A stretch of 32,000 bases of DNA from Cereibacter sphaeroides 2.4.1 (GTDB lineage: Bacteria > Pseudomonadota > Alphaproteobacteria > Rhodobacterales > Rhodobacteraceae): assembly GCF_000012905.2 (NCBI RefSeq), contig NC_007493.2, positions 630,001 to 662,000 of the forward strand, in the 5' to 3' direction. The notes under the pieces were generated by a model. That model had not been told where the DNA came from. It saw only the letters and a list, made by a program, of their open reading frames with translations, and did no database searches. A program made the translations under genes and the position numbers. Positions 1 through 7,560 of this stretch are shown here, one piece after another; positions within the stretch are counted from its first letter, which is position 1, and the number at the start of each line of letters is the position of its first letter.

Positions 1-270
1 ATCAAGGGCTACAACGCGGTGCAGTACAGTCTCGGCGTCAAGGCAGGCCAGAAGATGAGCGTGCAGCTCGATTCCGGCAATGCGAGCCTCTACTTCAACA
101 TTACGGCTCCGGGCGCCAGCGAGGCGCTCTACAACAGCTCCATCGATGGCAACGGCACGTCGGTCACCATCCCGTCCAGCGGCACCTATGTGATCGACGT
201 CTATCTGATGCGCAATGCCGCAAGGCGGGGTGAAACCGCCAACTACTCCCTGACGCTCTACGTCGAATGA
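1..270 (+). CDS. PliG-like (g-type lysozyme inhibitor family) periplasmic protein, C-terminal part; 5' end lies outside the window
   Basis: The frame is open from the window edge to TGA 268-270. The tail IKGYNAVQYSLGVKAGQKMSVQL...GTYVIDVYLMRNAARRGETANYSLTLYVE parallels, from memory, E. coli PliG/YcgK (IKGYDYDTYTFYAKKGQKVHVSI...GKYELRVLQTRNDARKNKTKKYNVDIQIK). GC3 is high. Confidence 0.5.
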   Translation: MKGYNAVQYSLGVKAGQKMSVQLDSGNASLYFNITAPGASEALYNSSIDGNGTSVTIPSSGTYVIDVYLMRNAARRGETANYSLTLYVE

Positions 271-290
271 CCCTCAGGAAAGGACAAGCC

Positions 291-569
291 ATGAAACATG
301 CCGCATTGCTGGCCGGCGCGCTGACATTGTCTGCCTGCGCCGAGGCGGGAGGAACGAGCCCCTCCGACTTTCCCGAGGATGTGAAGGCCTGCAAGCAGGC
401 GATGGCCTATCGCTCGATGACCACGCCGACCTTCATCGAGGTCGTCAGCGCCGCCCCGCTTCGGGACGGGTCCGGTATCCAGATGTTCCTGACCCATAAC
501 GGCCAGAACATGACGATCTGCCGCACGAACAACAGCCACGAGGTGAAGGAGCTTTTCGCCTACGGCTGA
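291..569 (+). CDS. small lipoprotein, unknown function
   Basis: ATG 291 is preceded by AGGAAAGGA. The N-terminus MKHAALLAGALTLSAC has a lipobox (LSAC). The ORF track starts earlier, at 267. Confidence 0.55.
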   Translation: MKHAALLAGALTLSACAEAGGTSPSDFPEDVKACKQAMAYRSMTTPTFIEVVSAAPLRDGSGIQMFLTHNGQNMTICRTNNSHEVKELFAYG

Positions 570-641
570 AGGCCGGACGGTCGAGGGCTTCGGCGCTGCG
601 TCCTGCGCGCACCGCAGCGACCGGGCAAGGGCAGTTCCATC

Positions 642-1376
642 ATGACGGCGAAACCGGATTTCCCCTTCTACAATGGTCGGCCGATCCCGTTCGAGGGCCG
701 GGACTGGCTGCTGCTGATGGGCTCTCTGGCAGTGGCTCTGGCAGTCCTCACGCTGCTGCCGCTGCGCCATTTCCCGCAAGACATCGTCCCGGCGCTGCTC
801 TTCCTCGCGATCCCGCTTCTGGCGCTGCGCCATGTCGCCGGGCCGCACTGGACGGCGCTGTTCCGTCCGGTGGGCCTCCGTGAGATCGGCCTGATGCTGC
901 TCTTCGGGCTGCTCACCCTGGGGGGATCGATCCTTGCGGGGCTGATCCTCTCCCAATTTCTCACCTTCAGCGGCAATCCGGTGGCCGAGAGTTTCGACGG
1001 CATGACCGGCATCGCGCTGGTAGCCCGGCTTCTCCCGACCGTCCCGCAACTCATCGGCGAGGAGCTGCTCGGCATTCTGCCGTTTCTGGCCGTGCTCTGG
1101 TTCTGTGTCACCCGGATGCGCCTCTCGCGTCCGGCTGGGGTCCTTATCGGGCTTCTGGTCTCGGCGCTGGTCTTCGGCGCGGCGCATCTGCCGACCTATG
1201 ACTGGAACTGGGGGCAGGCGCTGCTCGGAATCGGATCGGCAAGGGTCTTCCTGACCCTGGCCTATGTCGCCACGCGCAATCTCTGGGTTTCGGCGGGGGC
1301 GCATGTGCTGAACGACTGGATCGGTTTCATCTTCGCCTTCGCTGCGGGCCATGCGCCCATCGGCTCCGACCCCTGA
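642..1376 (+). CDS. CPBP-family (CAAX-like) intramembrane glutamic endopeptidase
   Basis: 244-aa polytopic protein carrying the three CPBP motif positions: IGEELLG (EExxx), LVFGAAHL (FxxxH) and GAHVLNDW (HxxxN/D). Confidence 0.7.
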   Translation: MTAKPDFPFYNGRPIPFEGRDWLLLMGSLAVALAVLTLLPLRHFPQDIVPALLFLAIPLLALRHVAGPHWTALFRPVGLREIGLMLLFGLLTLGGSILAGLILSQFLTFSGNPVAESFDGMTGIALVARLLPTVPQLIGEELLGILPFLAVLWFCVTRMRLSRPAGVLIGLLVSALVFGAAHLPTYDWNWGQALLGIGSARVFLTLAYVATRNLWVSAGAHVLNDWIGFIFAFAAGHAPIGSDP

Positions 1377-1391
1377 GCCGGAGGGTAGATC

Positions 1392-1688
1392 ATGGCCCTG
1401 TCGCATGATGCTGTTGTTCGCCTCACGACCCTGGGCTGGGCGCTGCTCCTGATTCTGTTCGTGATCGGTGCGCTGCTGCTCTGGGCGGCCTCGCCGCTGC
1501 TCTTTGCCGGGGTGGTCCTTGTCGGAGCGCTGCTCGGCCTTTTGATCCACGCCGCCCGGCGCCTGACGCGCCGCGACGGATGGCCCCCGGGCCGGACGCG
1601 GGCCGGCCTGATCGGCGCGGGGCTGCTGACCTGCCTTGTCGCTGCCCCGGTCTGGTGGCTGGGCCAACTGCGACTCGCCCCGCCCTGA
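1392..1688 (+). CDS. small membrane protein, unknown function
   Basis: ATG 1392 follows GAGGG. The 98-aa product has 2-3 hydrophobic helices and high GC3. The gene starts 16 nt after the CPBP stop. Confidence 0.45.
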   Translation: MALSHDAVVRLTTLGWALLLILFVIGALLLWAASPLLFAGVVLVGALLGLLIHAARRLTRRDGWPPGRTRAGLIGAGLLTCLVAAPVWWLGQLRLAPP

Positions 1689-1694
1689 GCGGGG

Positions 1695-2372
1695 TCACGA
1701 TCCGATCGTCACCGGGCCGCTCAGCAGAGACAGCGCGAAGACGCCGAAGAAGCAGAGTGCACCGATGACGAGGGCCAGCGCGGTCTGGCCCATGGCCTGA
1801 CGAAGGCGCGTGTTGCGGTGGATCATGAAACCGCGCGTCAGCGCCACTGCGTACCAGCCGAGCCCGAGCAGGAAGATCGCCAGCGCCGTCGGCCCGGTCC
1901 AGACGGGCTCGAGAGTGCCTAGCATCATCGCGAGGTCCAGCATCAGCACGAAGGGCACCGTCACGTAGCATTGGGCGTAGAACATCGGGCGCAGCGTCTT
2001 GCGGCTGAGGACCTGACCGGAGAGCCGCACATGCTGGATGCCGAGGAGCAGCGGGAACAGACTGAAGGCCACCGCCCGCAGGATCAGGAGGTTGCGCTGA
2101 TCGGACAGCACGCCCTCGAAGGCCGCGTCATTGTGCAAGACGCCGCGCTGCACCATGTGAGCGATCATCAGCGTCAGGAACAGGAAGATCGGCGGGCTGA
2201 GCGCCTCGGAGAACTGCTCCTCCGGCGGCCGGGTCAGCTCCTGTTCGGCGTAGGCGATCATCGCCATCGGGTGCCGCAGGCATCGCCACAGCGTCAGCGG
2301 GAAGAAGACCAGCCAGCTCACCACCTCGTAGAGCAACAACTCCGCCGAGCGGAGGAGATTCATGAAATCCAT
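1695..2372 (-). CDS. polytopic membrane protein, unknown function
   Basis: Within ORF 1695..2780 only the part from MDFMNLLRSAELLLYEVVSWLVFFPL (ATG 2372) looks like a protein, with several TM helices. The upstream 136 aa are Arg/Pro/Gly-rich junk. Confidence 0.55.
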   Translation of the reverse strand: MDFMNLLRSAELLLYEVVSWLVFFPLTLWRCLRHPMAMIAYAEQELTRPPEEQFSEALSPPIFLFLTLMIAHMVQRGVLHNDAAFEGVLSDQRNLLILRAVAFSLFPLLLGIQHVRLSGQVLSRKTLRPMFYAQCYVTVPFVLMLDLAMMLGTLEPVWTGPTALAIFLLGLGWYAVALTRGFMIHRNTRLRQAMGQTALALVIGALCFFGVFALSLLSGPVTIGS

Positions 2373-2805
2373 GGCGGGCCTGTGATCCGGGTCGGACAAT
2401 CCTAGCGCCCTCGAACCGGGTAAGTCATCCGGGCATCTTCCGCCCGCCCAGTGCGGCAGAGGAGAAGTTCGAGACGCAGCGCCCCCTGTTGCCGCCTCTT
2501 GCAGGTCGCACGGATGCTCCTCGGTCTGTCGCGGAAGAGGGGAGAGGAGATGGACTGTCTGCAGGTCGCGATGATCGACGGCCTTCCGGGGGTCATCTGC
2601 CGCATGGGCCGCGAGCTTCAGGCCACGGCTCTCGAGCTGGAGGCCGGTGGGATCGCCCGCATCAACTTCACGCGGAATCCTGACAAGCTGACCAGGGGGA
2701 GGTTGAACTGAGCTGCGGCATCTGCCCGCGTGGTCCATCCGGCCATCGGAAACCGCCCGCCGCAATCCGTCGTTGAGCAAGGGTCGCTACACAAGGAACA
2801 CCGGA

Positions 2806-3459
2806 ATGCTGAAGCCTCTCGCTGCCACCCTCCTTCTTGCGGGTCCCGCCTTCGCGTCGAGCGACGATGCCTGGGCCGAGTTTGCCGCCGAGGTCGAGAG
2901 CGCCTGTCTTGCCGCGGCCGGCGACACGCTGTCCGATGCGTTGGCGGTCGTCGATCCGTTCGGCAGTGAGAGCTACGGGCTGGCGATCGTCAGCGGGCGC
3001 ACGGCGAACGATGCTCCCGCGAGCATGATCTGCGTCCTGAACAAGCAGAGCCGTGCGGTCGAGATCGGCGGTGAGCTGGCGATCCGGGTCTCGGATCGGG
3101 GGCCAGAGCCTCTGACCGCCGAAGATACGGACAAGGCGGCCCTGACGGGCGAGCTCTTCTGCAGCTTCGAGGCCGAGGCGCGGACGCTCCTTTTCGCCGC
3201 GGGCAACGTGGCCTCGGACCAGCCGGCGGAGGCGGCCGTCAAGCTCTCGGGCCAGCCGGTGAAGCTGAGCGTCGACGGCGGGTTCGATGCCATCACCCGG
3301 GGCGCCGTGTTCACAGACCACGCCGCTACGGCGGAGGTGGCGGTGACCGGCGAGGCGACCGAAGGCGGCGAATCTCCCGCCTATCCGGCGACCCTGACCG
3401 TCCGGCCCGAAGAGGGTCCCGAGATGGCCGCCGAGGGGCTCTGGCGCTGCGGCCCGTAA
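2806..3459 (+). CDS. exported protein, unknown function
   Basis: ATG 2806 has AAGGAA about 8 nt upstream. The signal peptide is MLKPLAATLLLAGPAFA/SS. GC3 is high. Confidence 0.55.
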   Translation: MLKPLAATLLLAGPAFASSDDAWAEFAAEVESACLAAAGDTLSDALAVVDPFGSESYGLAIVSGRTANDAPASMICVLNKQSRAVEIGGELAIRVSDRGPEPLTAEDTDKAALTGELFCSFEAEARTLLFAAGNVASDQPAEAAVKLSGQPVKLSVDGGFDAITRGAVFTDHAATAEVAVTGEATEGGESPAYPATLTVRPEEGPEMAAEGLWRCGP

Positions 3460-3927
3460 GATGTCGCGTGACGGGCGGCACCTCGCGCCCGCCCTCGCTG
3501 CTGCCGCGCAGGCGCGGCCGGGGCGGTGGGGCCACGCCGCCCGCGGGGGCCCGGAAGCCGGCGCGGGTCTCGATGCGGTCGGCCGGGCCGGGCCGCATGG
3601 CCTCGGGAGCGCGGAGGGTGGCCGCCCTCCGTCGGATCGTCGGAAGCGCCAGATCGGGGCCATCTTCCCCTGCCGTTCCTTCCGCCGGACGGCCATCCGT
3701 CGCGGAGCGCCTTCCCTGTCTTCCGGGATGCGGGTGAGCGCTTCAGGGACTCGAAACAATGTCCGATCCGAGCGTCATGGCCGCTGTTGAAGCAGATCCT
3801 CTGCAACGCTATAAGAGCGGCACCACAGAAGGAGGTTGATGCACAGAGGACTCGATTGAACCGCATCCGGCGGTATCGCCCGGCAACTGAGTGCCGATCC
3901 TTTTTGCATATCTTCGTGGGAGTTCTC

Positions 3928-4380
3928 ATGGGAACCCTGAACATCCTGATCCGGCCGTATGATGCGGCAACGGATCTCAAGCGCCTGTCCGATATCTGGT
4001 TCGATGCCTCGATGGCGGCGCATCCCTTCATCGGCGAGGCGAGACTGGTGGAGCAGCGCCAGCTGATCGAGGAGGACTATCTCCCGACGGCCGAGACCTG
4101 GGTTGCCTGCCATGAGCGGGAAGCCGTCGGCTTCATCAGCCTGCTGGGCAGTTTCATCGGCGGGCTCTTCGTCGCCCCTGACCGGCAGGGCATGGGTGTC
4201 GGGCGCAAGCTCGTTTCCCATGCCCTCGCCCGGCACGGGGAACTGTCCCTTGAGGTCTATACCGCCAACGAGCAGGCGGTGCGCTTCTACAGCTCGCTCG
4301 GCTTTCGCGAGCTGTCCCGGCGCGATGTCGACGACTTCGGTTTTCCGTTCCCGAACGCGTCCCTGCACCTGAAGGTCTGA
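3928..4380 (+). CDS. GNAT-family N-acetyltransferase
   Basis: ATG 3928 lies inside the longer ORF 3526..4380. The product has the acetyl-CoA motif RQGMGVGRKL (Q/RxxGxG/A) and the ending YTANEQAVRFYSSLGF, typical of GNAT motifs A and B. Confidence 0.8.
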   Translation: MGTLNILIRPYDAATDLKRLSDIWFDASMAAHPFIGEARLVEQRQLIEEDYLPTAETWVACHEREAVGFISLLGSFIGGLFVAPDRQGMGVGRKLVSHALARHGELSLEVYTANEQAVRFYSSLGFRELSRRDVDDFGFPFPNASLHLKV

Positions 4381-4385
4381 GAGGT

Positions 4386-4410
4386 GACCGGGCAGAGGGT
4401 CTGCCCGGTC
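4386..4410 (+). terminator. perfect 10-bp GC-rich hairpin just after the GNAT stop (possible intrinsic terminator)
   Basis: GACCGGGCAG (4386-4395), loop AGGGT, CTGCCCGGTC (4401-4410), starting 6 nt after TGA 4378-4380. There is no clear U-tract (CATAAAG follows). Confidence 0.4.
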
Positions 4411-4618
4411 CATAAAGTCCCACACGGCGGGAGCATCGCTTCCGTGATGCTGGAGAGCGAAATGCAAGGCCCGCTCCGAGACCGGCGTTGCAGGCGCTGC
4501 CTCCGGGACGAACGGCGGCTCTGCATCCGGCATGGAGGATGTTTGCGCATGAAACGGGTCGGTCTCACGGCAGGGTCTGATTAGGACTCCTTCGACAGTT
4601 CATCGAAGGAAAATCGGC

Positions 4619-5371
4619 ATGCTTCTGAACGGAAAGACGATCATCATTTCTGGCGCAAGCAGCGGCATCGGGGCCGCAGCGGCGAGGCTTTTTGCGGCGG
4701 AGGGGGCGCGCCTGATCCTCGGCGCGCGTCGTGCCGCGCTGCTGGAGGAGATCACGAACGAGATCCTGGCCGGAGGTGGCGAAGCGGATTTCGTCGTCGG
4801 AGACGTCGAGGACAGCGGTTTCGCGGCAGAGCTGGTTCAAAGAGCCGAAGACCGCTTCGGCGGACTTGACGGTGCCTTCAACAATGCCGGGGTGACCGGG
4901 GAGATGTGTCCCATCCCCGACATGCCCGAAAGCAACTGGCACAAGGTGATCGCGGTGAATCTCAGCAGCGGATTTTACGCGGCAAAGCATCAGATACCTG
5001 CCATGCGCAAACGCGGCGGTGGCTCGATTGTTTTCACCTCCTCCTTCGTGGGACACACGATCGGGCTCCCCGGCATGGGCGCCTATGCCGCAGCGAAGGC
5101 GGGCCTGATCGGCATGACTCAGGTTCTGGCCGCGGAACATGGACCCGAGAAGATCCGCGTCAACGCGCTCCTCCCGGGCGGGACCATGACGCCGATGGCC
5201 GGAGAGGACGCCGGCTTTCATGAGGTCGTGCGGGGTTTCCACGCGCTGAAACGCATGGCGGATCCATCCGAGATCGCGCAGGCGGCGCTTTTCCTGCTCT
5301 CCGATCAGGCGTCATTCGTGACCGGGACCGCACTGATCGCGGACGGGGGAAATTCGATCAGCAAGCTCTAG
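4619..5371 (+). CDS. short-chain dehydrogenase/reductase (SDR) family oxidoreductase
   Basis: GASSGIGAAAA (TGxxxGxG), NNAG, a catalytic YAAAK, and the C-terminal GGNS typical of classical SDRs. AAGGAA lies upstream of ATG 4619. Confidence 0.85.
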   Translation: MLLNGKTIIISGASSGIGAAAARLFAAEGARLILGARRAALLEEITNEILAGGGEADFVVGDVEDSGFAAELVQRAEDRFGGLDGAFNNAGVTGEMCPIPDMPESNWHKVIAVNLSSGFYAAKHQIPAMRKRGGGSIVFTSSFVGHTIGLPGMGAYAAAKAGLIGMTQVLAAEHGPEKIRVNALLPGGTMTPMAGEDAGFHEVVRGFHALKRMADPSEIAQAALFLLSDQASFVTGTALIADGGNSISKL

Positions 5372-5411
5372 GGTCAAGACCCATCGATCTGCTTGAGACT
5401 TTCCCGCTTGC

Positions 5412-5612
5412 GTGATGCAGATCCCCCGAACGGACGGGGTGGTGAGGAGCGACCCTTGCCGGCTGACGGACGAGCGGATGGAGCGGCTGACGCCGTTCTT
5501 TCCGAAAAGCCATGGCAAGCCGCGCGTTGATGACCGGCGGGCGTTGAGCGGGATGATTTTCATCAATCGCGATGGCTTGCGGTGGTGCGATGCCCCGCGG
5601 GAGCAGGCGTAG
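5412..5612 (+). pseudogene. IS5-family (IS427/IS5-like) transposase, N-terminal about 60 aa only
   Basis: RLTDERMERLTPFFPKSHGKPRVDDRRALSGMIFINRDGLRWCDAP matches the conserved N-terminal block of IS5-group transposases (LtDeqWerieP.lPk..GrPRvDDRrvLsGI.f..R.G..WrDaP). The frame stops right after, where EYGP... is expected. Confidence 0.65.
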
Positions 5613-5770
5613 GGCGCGACGCCGTTCAGCCGGCAGGTTCCGATGACTGAGGCGAAGCGCGCTTGGGACTGGCTGCGCTCGTCGTGGCCGGCGAGGAGCG
5701 CGTTCCTTCGCCCGAGGGTCGGCGGCCGGATGCGGTTCTCGACGGGTTCGAGGCCGTCTCGATCCGGCCG
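5606..5770 (-). pseudogene. IS66-family transposase (TnpC), C-terminal fragment
   Basis: The minus-strand translation DGLEPVENRIRPPTLGRRNALLAGHDERSQSQARFASVIGTCRLNGVAPYA matches the conserved IS66 block (..NN.aE..iRp.alGRKNwLFaGs..G......sLi.TaKLNgvdP.aYL). It has no start codon and is cut off at about 5606, where the antisense of the IS5 fragment begins. Confidence 0.55.
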
Positions 5771-5876
5771 CCGTCGGGGACAGCCGCATCGCCCCGTCCT
5801 GCACCCGAGCGCTCCGCGCGTTCATCCCTTCGATCCGTCTACGGGACGGATCGATCCCTTCGGGACCGGTCTTCAC

Positions 5877-6140
5877 CTAAACAAAGCTGCCGCTCTTCAG
5901 CCGCTTGTCGATCAGCACGAGCCCGCTGCCGTTCCGGACCTGGTCGCCCTTCGCGCCCTCATCCAGCGCCTGAGCTACACCCTGACGGTCAGTTCGGGGT
6001 CGAGCCTCTACAACCGCGATGTCGTCCTCACCGTGCCGGACGAGGATCCGGCGCTGCGGGGTGCCGGCCTGCCGTCGCCGGAGGCGGATCTTCCCGGCAA
6101 CGATCTTGGGGATGAACCCGGCCGCGGCGTTGCCCGGGGT
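5877..6140 (-). pseudogene. IS66 Orf2 (TnpB)-like fragment, decayed
   Basis: The minus-strand frame has no start codon: ...RRILVRHGEDDIA...GAKGDQVRNGSGLVLIDKRLKSGSFV* (stop 5877-5879). The tail resembles the IS66 TnpB core (..rGD..K.L.wDG.GlcL..KRLe.G.F.W) with deletions. It is on the same strand as, and just upstream of, the TnpC fragment. Confidence 0.4.
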
Positions 6141-6584
6141 TTGTCACGCCGGCTCTCGGCGCCGCAATGCCTCCACGCGCTGCGGCTCGCCGCCACTTTC
6201 GGCACCCGCGAGACCTTTCGGCAATGTCTCGCGCCGGGCGCGGTGACCGTGATCGGAGACCTGCGTCCCGACGAGGTCAGGCCGCCCTCGGACCTGCTGC
6301 GGCTCGGGCTGCTGCCGCCGGGCTACTGGATCCACTCCCGGGCGGACCAGAAGATCGAGGGTGAGTCCCTCCTGCTGCTGTCGCCGGTGGCCGACGGCGA
6401 CTTGATCGCTCCGGCCAAGCGCCGCAGCTTCCACGAGCGTCTCCCCCAAGCCTTCGACGCGCTCCTTCTGGTGCTGATCCTCTGTCCCGAGGAAGCCAAG
6501 CCTCCGGCAGACCTCTTGCGCTCCTTGCCGGCGCTGCTGATGCTGGCGCGGGTCGATCGCTCGATGATGCTGCACTGGGGCTGA
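6141..6584 (+). pseudogene. GC-rich hypothetical gene fragment, probably 5'-truncated by the IS debris
   Basis: The 3' part of ORF 5643..6584 (…AVTVIGDLRPDEVRPPSDLLRLGLLPPGYWIHSRADQKIEGESLLLLSPVADGD…LMLARVDRSMMLHWG) has near-saturated GC3, unlike the other five frames. I recognise no family, and the true start is unknown. Confidence 0.3.
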
Positions 6585-7279
6585 CCCATGCGATCCCCGA
6601 CGACGCCGATATGGCCGACGTTCATTCCGCGCTTCCAGCCTTGAGCCGAACAAGCTGATCCTGAGGGCCAGACCGGATCCGAAGCCTAAGGAATTACACG
6701 CCGACGGCCGTTTGTGCCAGCCGAGCGAGCGGATCACAGAACCCAGATCTTAGTCAATGGCGTGGCGCTTAGAGCAGACATCACGCGATTTTGTCTTGAT
6801 GCAGGGAGCGCAGAAAAATCCCCGAAACGTAAATCTTTATGCCTCTCTGGCAGCCACTTGCGTGGCACTTGGCGGGCCCAGAAGGTGTGCGGAAAGCAAG
6901 CGCAGCCAGAGGCTTGCTCAGTAAACACCGCCTCAGCGCGCTCCTTGCAGATCAATCACTTAGACATCTACGTGTAAACGTGCTGTGCGAAGATGATGGC
7001 GATGAATTATGCCGTTCAGTGGACCCATCTGGGACGCAGGACAGGTCGATGAAGCGCCCTCCGTCACGTCGCGATGCAGACCGAAGTTCAGGCCGAAGCG
7101 GCCCATCCGGGCCGCCGGCAGCGAACGTCTGGAACCAGCCCATTGCCGTCGGTCGTGCGGAGCGCTGCAGGCCGGTGGCCCCACCGTACAGGGCGGTGAA
7201 CCGCCCGTGAGGCTGCGGCATCGCGTCCGCGGCAATCGGCGAAAGCGGCCATTCGCGACTCGCCCGTGGCGCAACGCAG

Positions 7280-7293
7280 TGCGCAGGAAGCGG
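7280..7293 (-). repeat. repeat core copy A1 (inverted): CCGCTTCCTGCGCA
   Basis: Plus strand TGCGCAGGAAGCGG is the reverse complement of 14 nt of the core found at 14781-14794. Confidence 0.8.
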
Positions 7294-7325
7294 ACCCGAG
7301 CGCCTGCAGCCTGATCGGCAGCCGA

Positions 7326-7340
7326 GCGCAGGAAGCGGCC
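7326..7340 (-). repeat. repeat core copy A2 (inverted): GGCCGCTTCCTGCGC
   Basis: Plus strand GCGCAGGAAGCGGCC is the exact reverse complement of 14779-14793. It lies 45 nt from copy A1. Confidence 0.85.
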
Positions 7341-7560
7341 GGAGGTGGCCCAAGCCAAATACACTAAAGCAATACGGCTGCCTGCTGTTGCGCATCCACC
7401 AATTCATGCACCTGCTATGTGGGGCGAACGAACAGTCGACATACTACTGAAATCTGTTTACTTACGTCTTCAAGTGAAGCGCATTGCTGGGTACTAGCCA
7501 CGTGGTCGATCACGTCAAGCCAATAAAGCGCCTCTCGAAGAAGCTGAAAAGGGGTTCTCC

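Larger units (their letters stand above)
5385..6140. mobile_element. insertion-sequence debris: an IS5-family 5' fragment abutting IS66-family tnpC and tnpB fragments
   Basis: See the three pseudogene entries below. None has a full-length transposase frame. The boundaries are approximate. Confidence 0.55.

Noticed and set aside
5643-6140. 5' two-fifths of the 313-aa plus-strand ORF 5643..6584.
   Set aside because: This part is antisense to the IS66 TnpC and TnpB fragments and reads as Arg/Ser/Pro-rich junk. Only the 3' part (about 6141-6584) has coding-like GC3.
6990-7230. Minus-strand peptide MPQPHGRFTALYGGATGLQRSARPTAMGWFQTFAAGGPDGPLRPELRSASRRDGGRFIDLSCVPDGSTER, vaguely like a serine-recombinase N-terminal domain (A-I-Y-x-R-V-S...GW...RP.L...DRLsR).
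   Set aside because: The catalytic YxRxS serine motif and the DRLxR motif are not intact, spacing is wrong by about 10 residues, and the frame is embedded in overlapping junk ORFs. I cannot support it without a profile search. It would be worth a BLASTX check, because a decayed recombinase here would fit the cassette-boundary repeats.
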